A DNA stretch of 64,000 nucleotides from Candidatus Hermodarchaeota archaeon (GCA_048885865.1 JBHLLF010000002.1:32001-96000), one strand, 5' to 3'; positions 17,877-28,137 are shown, counted from the stretch's first letter. A program made the numbers and translations. Notes: generated by a model not told the origin, from the letters alone.

Positions 17877-19211
17877 CTATTGCATCTTGTTTATTGTGAA
17901 TCCTGTCCAAACTTTGGGATGGAAGAATGTGCTCTTCTGAGGCATGACTTCGATGTTGCGGGATACTGCTTCAACTTCCTCAATTCGCGTCGGATTCATA
18001 AAGAATACTGCTTGAGCCTCTCCTTTCACCGAATCAATTGCCTCATCCACAGCGTCTCCAATTCCTTTTATATACACGACGTATCCGCCTCCCTTCATTG
18101 TTCCCTGGGCAAGTTTTTCCCTATCGATACCGAGCTTCATATCCAGAATTAGAGAGTGAAGTATTGCCACGTCCAGACCTCGATGTTCAGCGGACTTGTC
18201 AGGCAGAATTTCATCCATTACTCTGGAATCCTTCAATGTCAGGGAATAGAACTTGTCATCATTCATGAACAGTCCGAATGCATGTTCTCCACCGATGAAC
18301 TTTTCGTTCATTAGAGAAAACATCTCATCCTTATTATCGAACTCTGCTATCTCGAAATGCTGACCTATTGAATCAAGGATCTTCTCCTTGGAGAATTCTT
18401 CCAGATTTTGTACAATGCGATGGGTGGGAAGAACAACAAGTCCCGGATTCGAGATATTCACAAAAGTAAGCATCCTGTATTTTGCTGATTCCAACTCTGG
18501 ATTCTCCTTTGAGAGAGCGAGTGCGGTCTTGTAGCGATGATGTCCGTCGGCAATGATCACATACTTATCCTCCATGTATTTCGTCACAAGACTGGTGTCG
18601 TCCGGGTTGTCGATAATCCAGAGCCTATGACGCACACCATTGCTATCCATTATATCATCCGCTGGTCTCTCCTTCATGGCCTTCTCCAACACATCATCCA
18701 CCTGGCCTTCATGATCGGGATAAATCACAAAGATCTGACCAAACTGTGCCATACATGCTCTGCAGAGACTGAGTCTGTCTTGGATGTCCTTCGGAAGCGT
18801 TTCTTCATGCTGAAGTACTCCAGAGAATGCATCCTTGCTGGGAGCTTCACTGGCGAATTCCTCAAGTCGGATAAGACCAATGAATCCGAATCTGAACAGC
18901 TCTTGCTCATTCACTTTGAAATTCTGGCCGTAAACATAGAACGATTCTTTCTCGTCTTGCTTCAGAGCTCCGCTATCAATCCAATTCTCTAGAAGATTAC
19001 GTGCTCTAGTATATTGATTGACTTGATCTGTATCGCCTTCCTCTGGTTTATTCTTAATAATCCAAGAGATGTTATGCTCTGAAAGAGCCTGAAGTTCATC
19101 CACTTTCTTTCCTTTGATTATGTCATACGGAGGAGCAACTACCTTACTTATCTCACCTACTTTTGACTCATCATATCTGAATGCCTTGAAGGGAATAACA
19201 CGGACCAACAC
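17877..19211 (-). CDS. DUF1015 family protein
   Basis: APPYD, HEET, IADGHHRY, MPQKSTFFHPK; GTG/TTG start after GGAGG. Confidence 0.9.
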   Translation of the reverse strand: MLVRVIPFKAFRYDESKVGEISKVVAPPYDIIKGKKVDELQALSEHNISWIIKNKPEEGDTDQVNQYTRARNLLENWIDSGALKQDEKESFYVYGQNFKVNEQELFRFGFIGLIRLEEFASEAPSKDAFSGVLQHEETLPKDIQDRLSLCRACMAQFGQIFVIYPDHEGQVDDVLEKAMKERPADDIMDSNGVRHRLWIIDNPDDTSLVTKYMEDKYVIIADGHHRYKTALALSKENPELESAKYRMLTFVNISNPGLVVLPTHRIVQNLEEFSKEKILDSIGQHFEIAEFDNKDEMFSLMNEKFIGGEHAFGLFMNDDKFYSLTLKDSRVMDEILPDKSAEHRGLDVAILHSLILDMKLGIDREKLAQGTMKGGGYVVYIKGIGDAVDEAIDSVKGEAQAVFFMNPTRIEEVEAVSRNIEVMPQKSTFFHPKVWTGFTINKMQ

Positions 19212-19394
19212 TATGTTCCTCCTTAGGAAGATGTCCACAGATGCGGATGAAACGCCCGCCGTGTCATCTTCGACATAAGTGTTTCTTTTCGCACTCAATT
19301 TCATGCAAAGAGGGTTGATAGCGGGTCAACAGTCAAACTTAAATGAATAACATGAACGAGCACGAGAGCTAAAACCACTAGTGAGGAGAGAGCA

Positions 19395-19655
19395 GTGGAG
19401 TTCTGCGAGAAGTGCGGTGCATTAATGCTCCCAAAGAAGAAGGATGGCAAGCCAATTCTGAAATGTAGGGAATGCGGGCATGAGAAATCAGTTAAGGCCC
19501 CTCCTCAATACAAGGTCGAATATAGAATAAAGCATAGTCCTAGGGAGAAGATAGTTGTCGTAGAAGAGAGTGATACACGTCGGGAAGAGATGTCCGAAGA
19601 TGAAAAGAGGGAGCGGCGAAAAGAAATCCTAGAGCATTTTGAGGCTGAGGATTGA
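19395..19655 (+). CDS. RpoM/TFS-like protein with only the N-terminal zinc ribbon
   Basis: MEFCEKCGALM...CRECG; charged helical tail in place of the second zinc ribbon. Confidence 0.75.
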   Translation: MEFCEKCGALMLPKKKDGKPILKCRECGHEKSVKAPPQYKVEYRIKHSPREKIVVVEESDTRREEMSEDEKRERRKEILEHFEAED

Positions 19656-19788
19656 ATCATTCTAGATAATGCTTTAAGCTTGGACGACCATATTGTAACA
19701 TCTAAGTGGAAGGGCTGTTGAACTATTGCTGGTTAATCTCGGAGGTGCTCTTCTCAGACTGGTCTTCTAATCTCCAGGAGGTTTTTCA

Positions 19789-20670
19789 ATGAATGAACAC
19801 AGGACTAACCATTTCTACGACTTAGAGAATTTTATCATTGAGCATGGCAACATAGCAGACATCCTGCGACTCATTGCAGCAGGATACAAGATTGATGATG
19901 ATATTGTGAATTCTGTACTGAACGAAGTTGAAGGTCTGTTAAACAGAGATGGAGGAGTTCCGTTCGGTCTGGAAGAAGGCAATCCCAGCTCAGTGAAAGA
20001 AACCTCAGAGCTATTGCCGCTTCTTCTAAAATTCAGGAAGACTCACGAGCGTCTCATTCAGAGGATGGCAGATTTCTTGGTGTCGCGTCAGAAGAATGAT
20101 GGTGGCTTTGCGGAAACAATGAATCTTGATTATTTGATTGAAGATCGATATGGCGCAAAGTGGGGAAGTGAGTTCTATCCAGTGGGCAAAAGCGTCACAT
20201 GGCTCACTGGAAAAGCCTTGGAAGCATTGTCATTGGCGAAGCACAATGACGAGGTTCGCTTGCGACGAGCCCGTGATTTTCTGTTGAATTCGCAAAATGA
20301 GGATGGGAATTGGCCTGACTTCATAAACATGGGCCAATCCGACCCTTTAGCTACGGGTAACATTCTAACAGGTCTAAGAGCTGCTGGAGTTGATTCTAAA
20401 GCTAAGGTCTACAGGGATGCTAGAGCCGCTCTATACCAACATCTCAAGGATGCGCTTGAGTCCAAGTCAACTGATGACATGATTGACTTGACAGCTGTGT
20501 GCCCTGCAGAAACAGACAAAGAACGGAATGTCATTAAAGGCGCTCTAGAACTCATTATCGCGACTCAGAAGAATGATGGCGGTTGGCAGCCCCTGGGTTC
20601 AAAGAAAAGCGATACTGAATTGAGCTCTATTCTCGGTTTCGTTCTAAAGGAATGCGAGAAGTACAAATAG
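19789..20670 (+). CDS. Prenyltransferase/squalene-cyclase repeat (alpha/alpha barrel) protein
   Basis: QKNDGGF, QNEDGNW, QKNDGGW repeats. Confidence 0.8.
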   Translation: MNEHRTNHFYDLENFIIEHGNIADILRLIAAGYKIDDDIVNSVLNEVEGLLNRDGGVPFGLEEGNPSSVKETSELLPLLLKFRKTHERLIQRMADFLVSRQKNDGGFAETMNLDYLIEDRYGAKWGSEFYPVGKSVTWLTGKALEALSLAKHNDEVRLRRARDFLLNSQNEDGNWPDFINMGQSDPLATGNILTGLRAAGVDSKAKVYRDARAALYQHLKDALESKSTDDMIDLTAVCPAETDKERNVIKGALELIIATQKNDGGWQPLGSKKSDTELSSILGFVLKECEKYK

Positions 20671-20690
20671 ATTCACGTTAGGGTGTAGCC

Positions 20691-21197
20691 ATGCAAGAGA
20701 AGAGAATTGCAATTCTGCAAAGGGATAGGAACTGCATAGCTGGTGTCTTTACATCTTCAGGTCTTTTTGCCACGACAACACCTAGGAAGAGCTGCAAAGA
20801 AGCTGTATTAGCCGTTAATGGAGCTGACCTAACACGCAGCGAATCGAAAGATGATCTGGCAGTACTAAATGCGGTTTTTGATATTGCGGAAGGGATCGAA
20901 GTTCCTGATGTTGACAAGATTAGACTAGACCTCTCTGAAATGACAGAGAAGCAGCGTCAGGTTGTCAAGGCGACTCTTTCCATCCCCCGCGGGGAAACCG
21001 CTACATATGGAGAAGTTGCTAGAAAGGCTGGACTCCCTGGAGCCGCACGTTTTGTTGGCAATGTTATGGCAAGCAACCGTCTATATCCTCTCGTCCCATG
21101 TCATAGAGTCATTTCGTCTTCAGGTCTAGGTGGATATGGCCTGGGTATAAAAAAGAAGATAGAACTCCTAAGGCGCGAAGGGGCATTCGCGGATTAG
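20691..21197 (+). CDS. ogt: Methylated-DNA-protein-cysteine methyltransferase
   Basis: IPRGETATYGEVA, PCHRV active site. Confidence 0.92.
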   Translation: MQEKRIAILQRDRNCIAGVFTSSGLFATTTPRKSCKEAVLAVNGADLTRSESKDDLAVLNAVFDIAEGIEVPDVDKIRLDLSEMTEKQRQVVKATLSIPRGETATYGEVARKAGLPGAARFVGNVMASNRLYPLVPCHRVISSSGLGGYGLGIKKKIELLRREGAFAD

Positions 21198-21237
21198 TTT
21201 CTCATAACGTTTTAAATAGCTTCTAATAGTTCACAAT

Positions 21238-21741
21238 GTGGGACCTATCTCTACGGAGTGTGTGTGGTTGAACCTAAAAGTACGCAGAGAAGATGAAACT
21301 GTAGAATTGCGCAAAGTTGAGCTTGAGTCTCTAAGTCCACCACTTTTTCGAACTTTCATTGGCTACAACTCCTTGAAGCGACTAGGATATTCTATATCTT
21401 TCATACGCCCCAAGAAGAGCTCCAGTGGCGATTTCGAGAGAATACGCTACAATTTCATGGAACGAGGCGTTATGACGCGCCAACTTGAGGATGAGCTTGA
21501 GCCAGACATGAAACGCGGAATCCTGAATCAACTCCCCCGTGGAAACTTCAGCATTGTATTGCTGCTTACTCAAGTGCCTCGTCGAGGTGTAAACATCCGG
21601 CTTGACAAGTTCATGTACAACTTCCTCGGATGCATTCTAATGCGCAACGATGAAGTGCTTGATGTCGTAATGAATACTACTCCCACAAGAGACATCCTAA
21701 TGCCAATGTACGAGCAGCAGGTGGAATCGATAGAAGCCTAG
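21238..21741 (+). CDS. Hypothetical protein
   Basis: 167-aa ORF filling the intergenic space; start uncertain. Confidence 0.6.
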   Translation: MGPISTECVWLNLKVRREDETVELRKVELESLSPPLFRTFIGYNSLKRLGYSISFIRPKKSSSGDFERIRYNFMERGVMTRQLEDELEPDMKRGILNQLPRGNFSIVLLLTQVPRRGVNIRLDKFMYNFLGCILMRNDEVLDVVMNTTPTRDILMPMYEQQVESIEA

Positions 21742-21809
21742 CAAGCAAAGTCTGCAATCAATCTTATCAGGCACCAGAACAAGCGTGTACACGCTGTGGT
21801 GTTCAATTC

Positions 21810-23504
21810 ATGTCACGTAGGGCCAGGGATGTGCCCAAAGAAATAGCGTCTTTTGGGCAGAGACAATTTCGAGAAACAGGCGCTTCTGCTGTCGAGGTTC
21901 TTCGTGTGAAAGCCTCAACAATGAGGAAGCATTTCTCTAAGCTAAAAGGGATTACATTCCTTGTTGCAGTCATCAGCAAGGATCGAGTGCGTGTCTACTT
22001 CTTCAATTCTGCTGGTATTATGCTCATCGGGGAAAATATTGAAGTCGAGAAATATGGAACGATCCGCAAGACTTCCAAGCTTGTAGCTAAGTTTGAAAAG
22101 CCAAGACCTCTCACCAAAGAGGAGCTCAGAATAGAAGCCACAGAAGAACTTAGGCAGAATTTGTCTAGAACTCTGAAACGTGTTGTCAGATTCCTTGGCA
22201 GGAAGGAACCTGAATTCCCAGTGATCTATGTTACAAGAGAAGCATCCATCGGCACTAGTCAAGGATTTGGACTTCTAACAGAGGACGATGGCTCCCTGGT
22301 ATTTGAGCAGGGTATTCTAGAGTCGAAATGGCGTGATGGTCTTATAACTCGTGCAAGTGTTCTTCAGCTTCTTGAAGCAGACAAACGTAATTTGGATTTC
22401 AGCTCGACCATTGGTAATGCAATAGCCTTTGCTTCTCTAGATGGCCAGAAACGAATTGATTGGCTGGACATTTGGAAAAAGAGAACGAAGGAGACCTCGT
22501 TCACGCCTATTGTCAACCACTTATCCAAACATGCATCCGCCTATTCATGGGTTGGGTTTGCAAGGATTTTGAATCTAGTTGAAAGAGTTCCAGAACTGAC
22601 AGATGACAAATGGATTCTAGCGTTGAATGAAATCCATGAATCTTTCGAAGTAACGCTTGGAACGGAGGAACAACTCTCGATACAAGGTTTCTGCGAAAGC
22701 TTGTCAAAACCCAGAAAGCTAGCAACTAAACGCCATACTTTGGAATCAATCCATCTTGCGCCAAGAGCTTTGTGCGATCCCTCCTCGCTAGGCTTGACCT
22801 TGTCAGTTGGCGAGAGAAGATCGAAAGATGAGCCATGGCTTTGGATAGAGTATGTCGATGGAGCACAAAAGAGGTGCCTTACAATCATCGAGGGAGAAGA
22901 GAATCCACTTTCGCAAATTGTGTATACTCTGAATATTGAAGACATCTTTCCAAAGGCAGGAGGGGTGCTTGGCAAGGGCAAAGATGTTCTCGCCTGGATC
23001 CTCAGGACACTCGGTGTTGAAGAAGAGAGAAAGCGCACATTTCAAACCACGATAGAATTCTCAAGAAAACAAGTGTCCGCAGCTGAGAATGCGGTTCTTG
23101 AACGACTGGTCGGGGGAGGTCTAAAGGTCCTCTCAGATTCTCTTATTGGATCTCCCCAGAGAGTGGATGGATTGGTGAAGAGCGGGGCTGTTGCCCTTCT
23201 ACCTGATTTCAATCATATCGGCTTTGGTCCAAATCTGTTGCTCCAGGGAGAATATGACCAGCTTGTTGAAACTGTTTCACATAGCATTGAATCTACTATC
23301 TTTCAGGCCGCCAAAGGCAGCTTTGCACTTACTAGTGCTCCATCATCATGGAGGCGTTTAGTACTCACTAGTGCATCTGAAAATGGGATTGCTGTCCAGC
23401 CAGTCATCCAGGCAAGGTCATCAAGAAGAATGATCCGGTCTGAGGAAGTGTTTCCTAAGAGTTCTGAGATGCTATTTTGGAGTGAGGAGCGGCCTAAGAA
23501 ATAA
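21810..23504 (+). CDS. Hypothetical protein (564 aa)
   Basis: Long ORF with no recognised motif. Confidence 0.75.
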   Translation: MSRRARDVPKEIASFGQRQFRETGASAVEVLRVKASTMRKHFSKLKGITFLVAVISKDRVRVYFFNSAGIMLIGENIEVEKYGTIRKTSKLVAKFEKPRPLTKEELRIEATEELRQNLSRTLKRVVRFLGRKEPEFPVIYVTREASIGTSQGFGLLTEDDGSLVFEQGILESKWRDGLITRASVLQLLEADKRNLDFSSTIGNAIAFASLDGQKRIDWLDIWKKRTKETSFTPIVNHLSKHASAYSWVGFARILNLVERVPELTDDKWILALNEIHESFEVTLGTEEQLSIQGFCESLSKPRKLATKRHTLESIHLAPRALCDPSSLGLTLSVGERRSKDEPWLWIEYVDGAQKRCLTIIEGEENPLSQIVYTLNIEDIFPKAGGVLGKGKDVLAWILRTLGVEEERKRTFQTTIEFSRKQVSAAENAVLERLVGGGLKVLSDSLIGSPQRVDGLVKSGAVALLPDFNHIGFGPNLLLQGEYDQLVETVSHSIESTIFQAAKGSFALTSAPSSWRRLVLTSASENGIAVQPVIQARSSRRMIRSEEVFPKSSEMLFWSEERPKK

Positions 23505-25158
23505 TCTCAATAACTGTCCCAATCGCTCTTGTGTTTGCTTCTCGCAGCACAATCTTATCACCCAGCTCTATCGGTTCTGGGAACGACATGAATTCCAATC
23601 TCACTCGGGCGAAGTCGCCCACACTAAGATACTCTGCATCATAGATACGTTTCAGAATAACAGTATGCTGAATCGTATGGCATTGAAGCACAGGTGAGTA
23701 CCCCACTGAGATTCTGGTTGGATGTCTTGTGACAACAATGTTAGCCTCAAAGGTTCGGCAACTCTTAATGGTGTCATCAGGGTCAGCCACAACTTGACCT
23801 CTTCTCACGTCATGTTTGTCCACATCTTTGACATCAAATCCGAAAAGGTCTCCAGCACGGACAGAGCCAATTCTCTTCTTGAACATCTCAATACTGAATA
23901 GCCTTCCGTCCTGCATCTCCCCATTCTCATCCGGTCCTATAATGACACTCTGTCCCTTCTTGAACACGCCCGTCTTCACAGTGCCAGTAATCACAGCATT
24001 TGTGCCTCTAATTCCGCGATACACCTTGTCTACATATGCTCGAGCTGGTTTAGTCAAGTCTACAGTCTTTGAGTTTGAAGGCAACCTCCGTAATAGCTCT
24101 GTAAGAAGTGTGAGGGATTCTTCTTTCGTAGAAGCAATTTCAATCATAGGTACAACAACCCTATGCTCTATCTCGCTCACTAGGGTGTCTATCTCATCCT
24201 CATTCTTCAGACTGACAGGTATCTTGCCAATCTCTCTGAGAGTATTTCGGACAACTTCATTGACGAGTGCCAAGTCTTTAGAATTCGTCTTATCCACTTT
24301 TGATAGGATGACGATGAATGGCGCCTCTTGATTTGACATCAATATAAGATGCTCTCGTGTGATATCATCTAGCCTTCTGAGACCAGTCTTTCTTTCTTCA
24401 CTACGAATCAAATTAGCTTCTTCCGGGCCGGGAACCAGCACTAATCCATACTGAGCATCTGCTCCTAGGATGCTCCTTATCATGGTCTTGCTATACTCCT
24501 GATGTCCAGGCGCATCAAAAAAAGTGAGAATTCTTGCTGATGCATCCAGTACCCTAGCGGCCTCTTCCTTGTTTCTTGGATTATCTAGATGTATAGTCTT
24601 CCCATCACCAGTGAATCCCATGAATGCTAGATGAATGTCTGCGGTCTGCCCGCGCGTTATTTCCTGCGGATGAATGAGCAGAAATGATCGTGATTTGCCT
24701 GAGCCATTATCCGGAGATCCAGTGACCAGAGAGCCAATTAGTGTCGATTTGCCCGAGTTCACTCGACCGGCCACATTGAAGGAGCAAGTTTCCTTGACTT
24801 CAAGTGCTGCTATTCTCTTGAGAAGATATTTGCCCACCAATCCGTGCTCTGTTTCGATTCTCTCTTCTTCGATTATCTCGACCTCGGCTTCTCTGCACAA
24901 TTCAATGAGCACTGTTTCAGCGGTCTTAATTCTGTCCTCAGATAGTCCGTATACCTCCCATGTCTTTCCAGCTAAGTCTTCAATCCCAATGAGAAAGATG
25001 CCTTCAAAGGGATTCTCGCATGTCATGTATCTTATTCGAGTAACCAGTTTCTGGCGCCGGTCCGATTTGAGGTCTGCCTTCGTGAGACTCCGCTTGAATT
25101 CCATGTTGCGGGCTTCCCCTTTGCGAAGAATCTCTGCGATTTCCTCAACCGATGTCAT
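23494..25158 (-). CDS. GTPBP1/GP-1-like translational GTPase with N-terminal AlbA_2/Schlafen-like domain
   Basis: GEARNMEFK; G1 GRVNSGKST, G3 DAPGH, G4 SKVD; EF-Tu-like domains II and III. Confidence 0.88.
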   Translation of the reverse strand: MTSVEEIAEILRKGEARNMEFKRSLTKADLKSDRRQKLVTRIRYMTCENPFEGIFLIGIEDLAGKTWEVYGLSEDRIKTAETVLIELCREAEVEIIEEERIETEHGLVGKYLLKRIAALEVKETCSFNVAGRVNSGKSTLIGSLVTGSPDNGSGKSRSFLLIHPQEITRGQTADIHLAFMGFTGDGKTIHLDNPRNKEEAARVLDASARILTFFDAPGHQEYSKTMIRSILGADAQYGLVLVPGPEEANLIRSEERKTGLRRLDDITREHLILMSNQEAPFIVILSKVDKTNSKDLALVNEVVRNTLREIGKIPVSLKNEDEIDTLVSEIEHRVVVPMIEIASTKEESLTLLTELLRRLPSNSKTVDLTKPARAYVDKVYRGIRGTNAVITGTVKTGVFKKGQSVIIGPDENGEMQDGRLFSIEMFKKRIGSVRAGDLFGFDVKDVDKHDVRRGQVVADPDDTIKSCRTFEANIVVTRHPTRISVGYSPVLQCHTIQHTVILKRIYDAEYLSVGDFARVRLEFMSFPEPIELGDKIVLREANTRAIGTVIEIIS

Positions 25159-25374
25159 TTAGGATACATCCGAGTATCTCCTCTGTAACTAGATGCTGTT
25201 ATAAGCGCTAGCACGAGCGTCGTCGTTGGATTCCTCCACGATTCAACGCTTGGTCACGACCACTCGCGTTTCAGCCACTGTATTGGATTTTGAAGCAAAT
25301 CTATGGCTGATATCGTAAGCTTATTAGATAAATCGGATGTGGCTAGGAAAGGAAGTCTGCAGGGTTGGATTAAA

Positions 25375-26763
25375 TTGTTTGATAAACTAGAGAGTGCAGT
25401 AGAACAGGGAATAGGCCTGGGAGCTAGCTATGTTGAACTCCGGGGCGAATCTGGATTCATAGAGTATATCCAGATGGACGATAGTCGTGTAAGCGCTTTG
25501 ACTCAGAGGATTGAGCAAGGAGTAGCGGTAAGGGTCCTTGCTGATGGTGCTTGGGGATTCGTTACAACCGGCGATTTGAATGGGCTAGAGAGCGCAGTCA
25601 AGGATGCATACTCAATGGCCAAGGCTGCAGCAGCTACGCGCCAGGAGCCGATCGTCTTGGCCGACACAAAGGGCCATGAGGATGTTGTTGAATTCAATGT
25701 GAAGCGCGATCCTCGTCATGTTCCTATAGAAGAGAAGCTCGAGTATATGCAGGATATGACCAAGGCAATCCGCGATTTTGACTCACGGATTACTGCTGTC
25801 ACCGTGAAAGTGCGGACAGCGTCTGGGAAGAAATACCTGATGACCTCTGACGGCTCAAAAATCCAGACCGATGTTGTCTTGGTATGGAGCTATCCATGGG
25901 TAACAGGCAAAGAGGGAACCCGTCTTAGTGCTGCTCGCTACGAAGACGCCTCGACAAATAGAGGATGGGAGTATATGGAAGAGGTTGCAACGCCTGAAGT
26001 TATTGGCTTGGCGGCTGCGAGACGTGTCAAGCTCCAGCTTGAAGGAACCCCTGCAAAAGGCGGGTCATTTCCATGCGTTCTCGGTCCTCGTGTGATTGGA
26101 GTTCTTGCCCATGAAGCTTTGGGTCATCTGGCCGAGGCAGACCTCACTGTCCAGAGTTCCTTCAATGGCAAGCTAGGCGAGGTGGTTGCTTCAGAAGGCG
26201 TTAGCATGACTGACAATGGAGTCGATGAAGATAACCTTGGTACATCAAAATATGACGATGAGGGTTCATTGGCATCAAGAGTTGAGATCATAAAAGACTC
26301 AGTACTGACTGAACTGCTCACGAACAGAGAATATGCGGCAAAGATCGGCCAACGAGTTACGGGGAATGCCAGAGCCGAGAGCTACCTCCATCCACCAATC
26401 ATACGCATGAGGAATACACTGTTTGAGAGAGGCGATTATAATCCTGATGAGATGTTTGAGGACATAGATTTTGGTTACTATTGTGCAGACTTCAGAGGTG
26501 GACAAGCCCAGATGAATGCATCCTTCCAAGTTGGTATTCAAGAAGCTTATGAGATTGTAAATGGCGAGCTAGGCAAGCCAGTAACAGACCTATCCATATC
26601 AGGTATTGCCACTGATTCTCTTTTCAAAATCGAAGGTGTTGCAAATGAGGATTTCCCCTTTGAACTAGGACGATGTGGAAAGGGGCAGGAGGCATTCGTT
26701 GCAGCTGGAGGGCCAAACATTCGGTTCTTGAAGGGTGGTATCACTTTTGGAGGTTCAAGCTAG
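25375..26763 (+). CDS. tldD: TldD family metalloprotease
   Basis: HEALGH, DDEG, TGNAR, RMRNT, CGKGQ; TTG start chosen. Confidence 0.92.
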   Translation: MFDKLESAVEQGIGLGASYVELRGESGFIEYIQMDDSRVSALTQRIEQGVAVRVLADGAWGFVTTGDLNGLESAVKDAYSMAKAAAATRQEPIVLADTKGHEDVVEFNVKRDPRHVPIEEKLEYMQDMTKAIRDFDSRITAVTVKVRTASGKKYLMTSDGSKIQTDVVLVWSYPWVTGKEGTRLSAARYEDASTNRGWEYMEEVATPEVIGLAAARRVKLQLEGTPAKGGSFPCVLGPRVIGVLAHEALGHLAEADLTVQSSFNGKLGEVVASEGVSMTDNGVDEDNLGTSKYDDEGSLASRVEIIKDSVLTELLTNREYAAKIGQRVTGNARAESYLHPPIIRMRNTLFERGDYNPDEMFEDIDFGYYCADFRGGQAQMNASFQVGIQEAYEIVNGELGKPVTDLSISGIATDSLFKIEGVANEDFPFELGRCGKGQEAFVAAGGPNIRFLKGGITFGGSS

Positions 26764-26775
26764 GAGGTTCATATC

Positions 26776-28137
26776 ATGATTGATGAATTAACACTTCTCG
26801 ATCTATGTGAGTATATTGTCAAGACTGGAAAGGAAAAGGGAGCAGAACATATCGAGGTTCAAGCTACATCAGAGTCAGAGGTGGAGTCAGATGTCGAAAT
26901 GGGCCAAATTAGCCAAGTCAGCAAGAAAAGTCTCTCAGAAATAGCAATTCGCCTCTATATCGGGAAGAGAATGGGATGTGCTTTCACAAACATTCCTACA
27001 CGAGATGCTGCGGCTGAAGCATTGGATCTTGCCATATCAGCAGCAAAAGCGACTTCCGAAGATGAGGACTGGTCTGGCTTTCCTTTCCCTGCAGATAATT
27101 ATCCAGTCGTTGAGGGGCTTTGGCACGACTCAGTTGTAAACTCTGACTCAGGTGAGATTGTTGGATTAGCTGGCAAAGCTTTGAGTCTGGTTTCTGAAGC
27201 TGAGCCGGGACTTATTCCGGGTTTTGGTGGGTCAGCCGCCATTAGCTTTTGTGCTGCGTATGCCAACAGCAATGGTATAGCACATTCCGACAAGGGCACA
27301 TTTGCCTTGGTAGTTCTGGGTGGAATCGCTCCAACTGAGGCAGGCATGACTCCAATGGTATTCTCGTATGACATCGCGAGAGATATGAACGTGGATGTTG
27401 AAGGGACAGTAGATGATGTAGCATCAACAATAAGAATCTGCAAGAACTTTGTCAAAGGAACTACGGGGAAGCACACTGTCATTATGCATCCATTTGCCTA
27501 CGGACAGATAATGCAATACACACTGATTCAGTCCATAAGAGGCGATAATGTAGCTAGGGGAAAATCCAAGATTGGGGACAAGCTTGGCGAAAAGATTGCA
27601 TCGGGAAAAGTCACCATAGTAGATGATGGTCTTAATCCTCGAGGAGTATCGAGTACCTCTGCGGACGATGAAGGAGTTCCAAGGCGCCGCACTCCAATAA
27701 TTGAGAAAGGGGTGCTACGTTCATTCCTTTGGGATAACTACTGGGCAAACAAGATGGGTGTCAAAAGTACTGGCAATGCAAAGCGAAATATGAGGCAAGG
27801 GCTTGTCGAGATATCGCCAAGCATTATAGTTGTCGATCCGGGTGAGCGTGATTTGGAAGACATCATCAAGGAGATCAAACATGGATACTATATTCGGGGA
27901 GTTCAAGGTGCACACAGCTCCAACCCCGAGTCAGGTGATTTCAGCATTGTCGGAAATCCTGCAATTCTCATAGAGAATGGCAAAATGGTTGGGTCAGTCC
28001 ACGGCTTGATGGTAGCAGGCAATATATACGACCTGTTGAATCAAGTGGGTGAAATTGCGAAGGAACCTCATCACCTCCAGAGCATTATTGGTCCGGATAT
28101 TGTCTTTAGCGATGTATCAATAGTCACAAAGGAGTAG
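26776..28137 (+). CDS. pmbA: PmbA/TldE family protein
   Basis: DDEG, STGNA, SGDFS; lacks HExxxH; follows tldD. Confidence 0.9.
   Translation: MIDELTLLDLCEYIVKTGKEKGAEHIEVQATSESEVESDVEMGQISQVSKKSLSEIAIRLYIGKRMGCAFTNIPTRDAAAEALDLAISAAKATSEDEDWSGFPFPADNYPVVEGLWHDSVVNSDSGEIVGLAGKALSLVSEAEPGLIPGFGGSAAISFCAAYANSNGIAHSDKGTFALVVLGGIAPTEAGMTPMVFSYDIARDMNVDVEGTVDDVASTIRICKNFVKGTTGKHTVIMHPFAYGQIMQYTLIQSIRGDNVARGKSKIGDKLGEKIASGKVTIVDDGLNPRGVSSTSADDEGVPRRRTPIIEKGVLRSFLWDNYWANKMGVKSTGNAKRNMRQGLVEISPSIIVVDPGERDLEDIIKEIKHGYYIRGVQGAHSSNPESGDFSIVGNPAILIENGKMVGSVHGLMVAGNIYDLLNQVGEIAKEPHHLQSIIGPDIVFSDVSIVTKE

Noticed and set aside
25375-28137. TldD/PmbA as the dedicated protease of the rSAM system
   Set aside because: They lie about 20 kb away and are near-universal in archaea; no evidence of linkage
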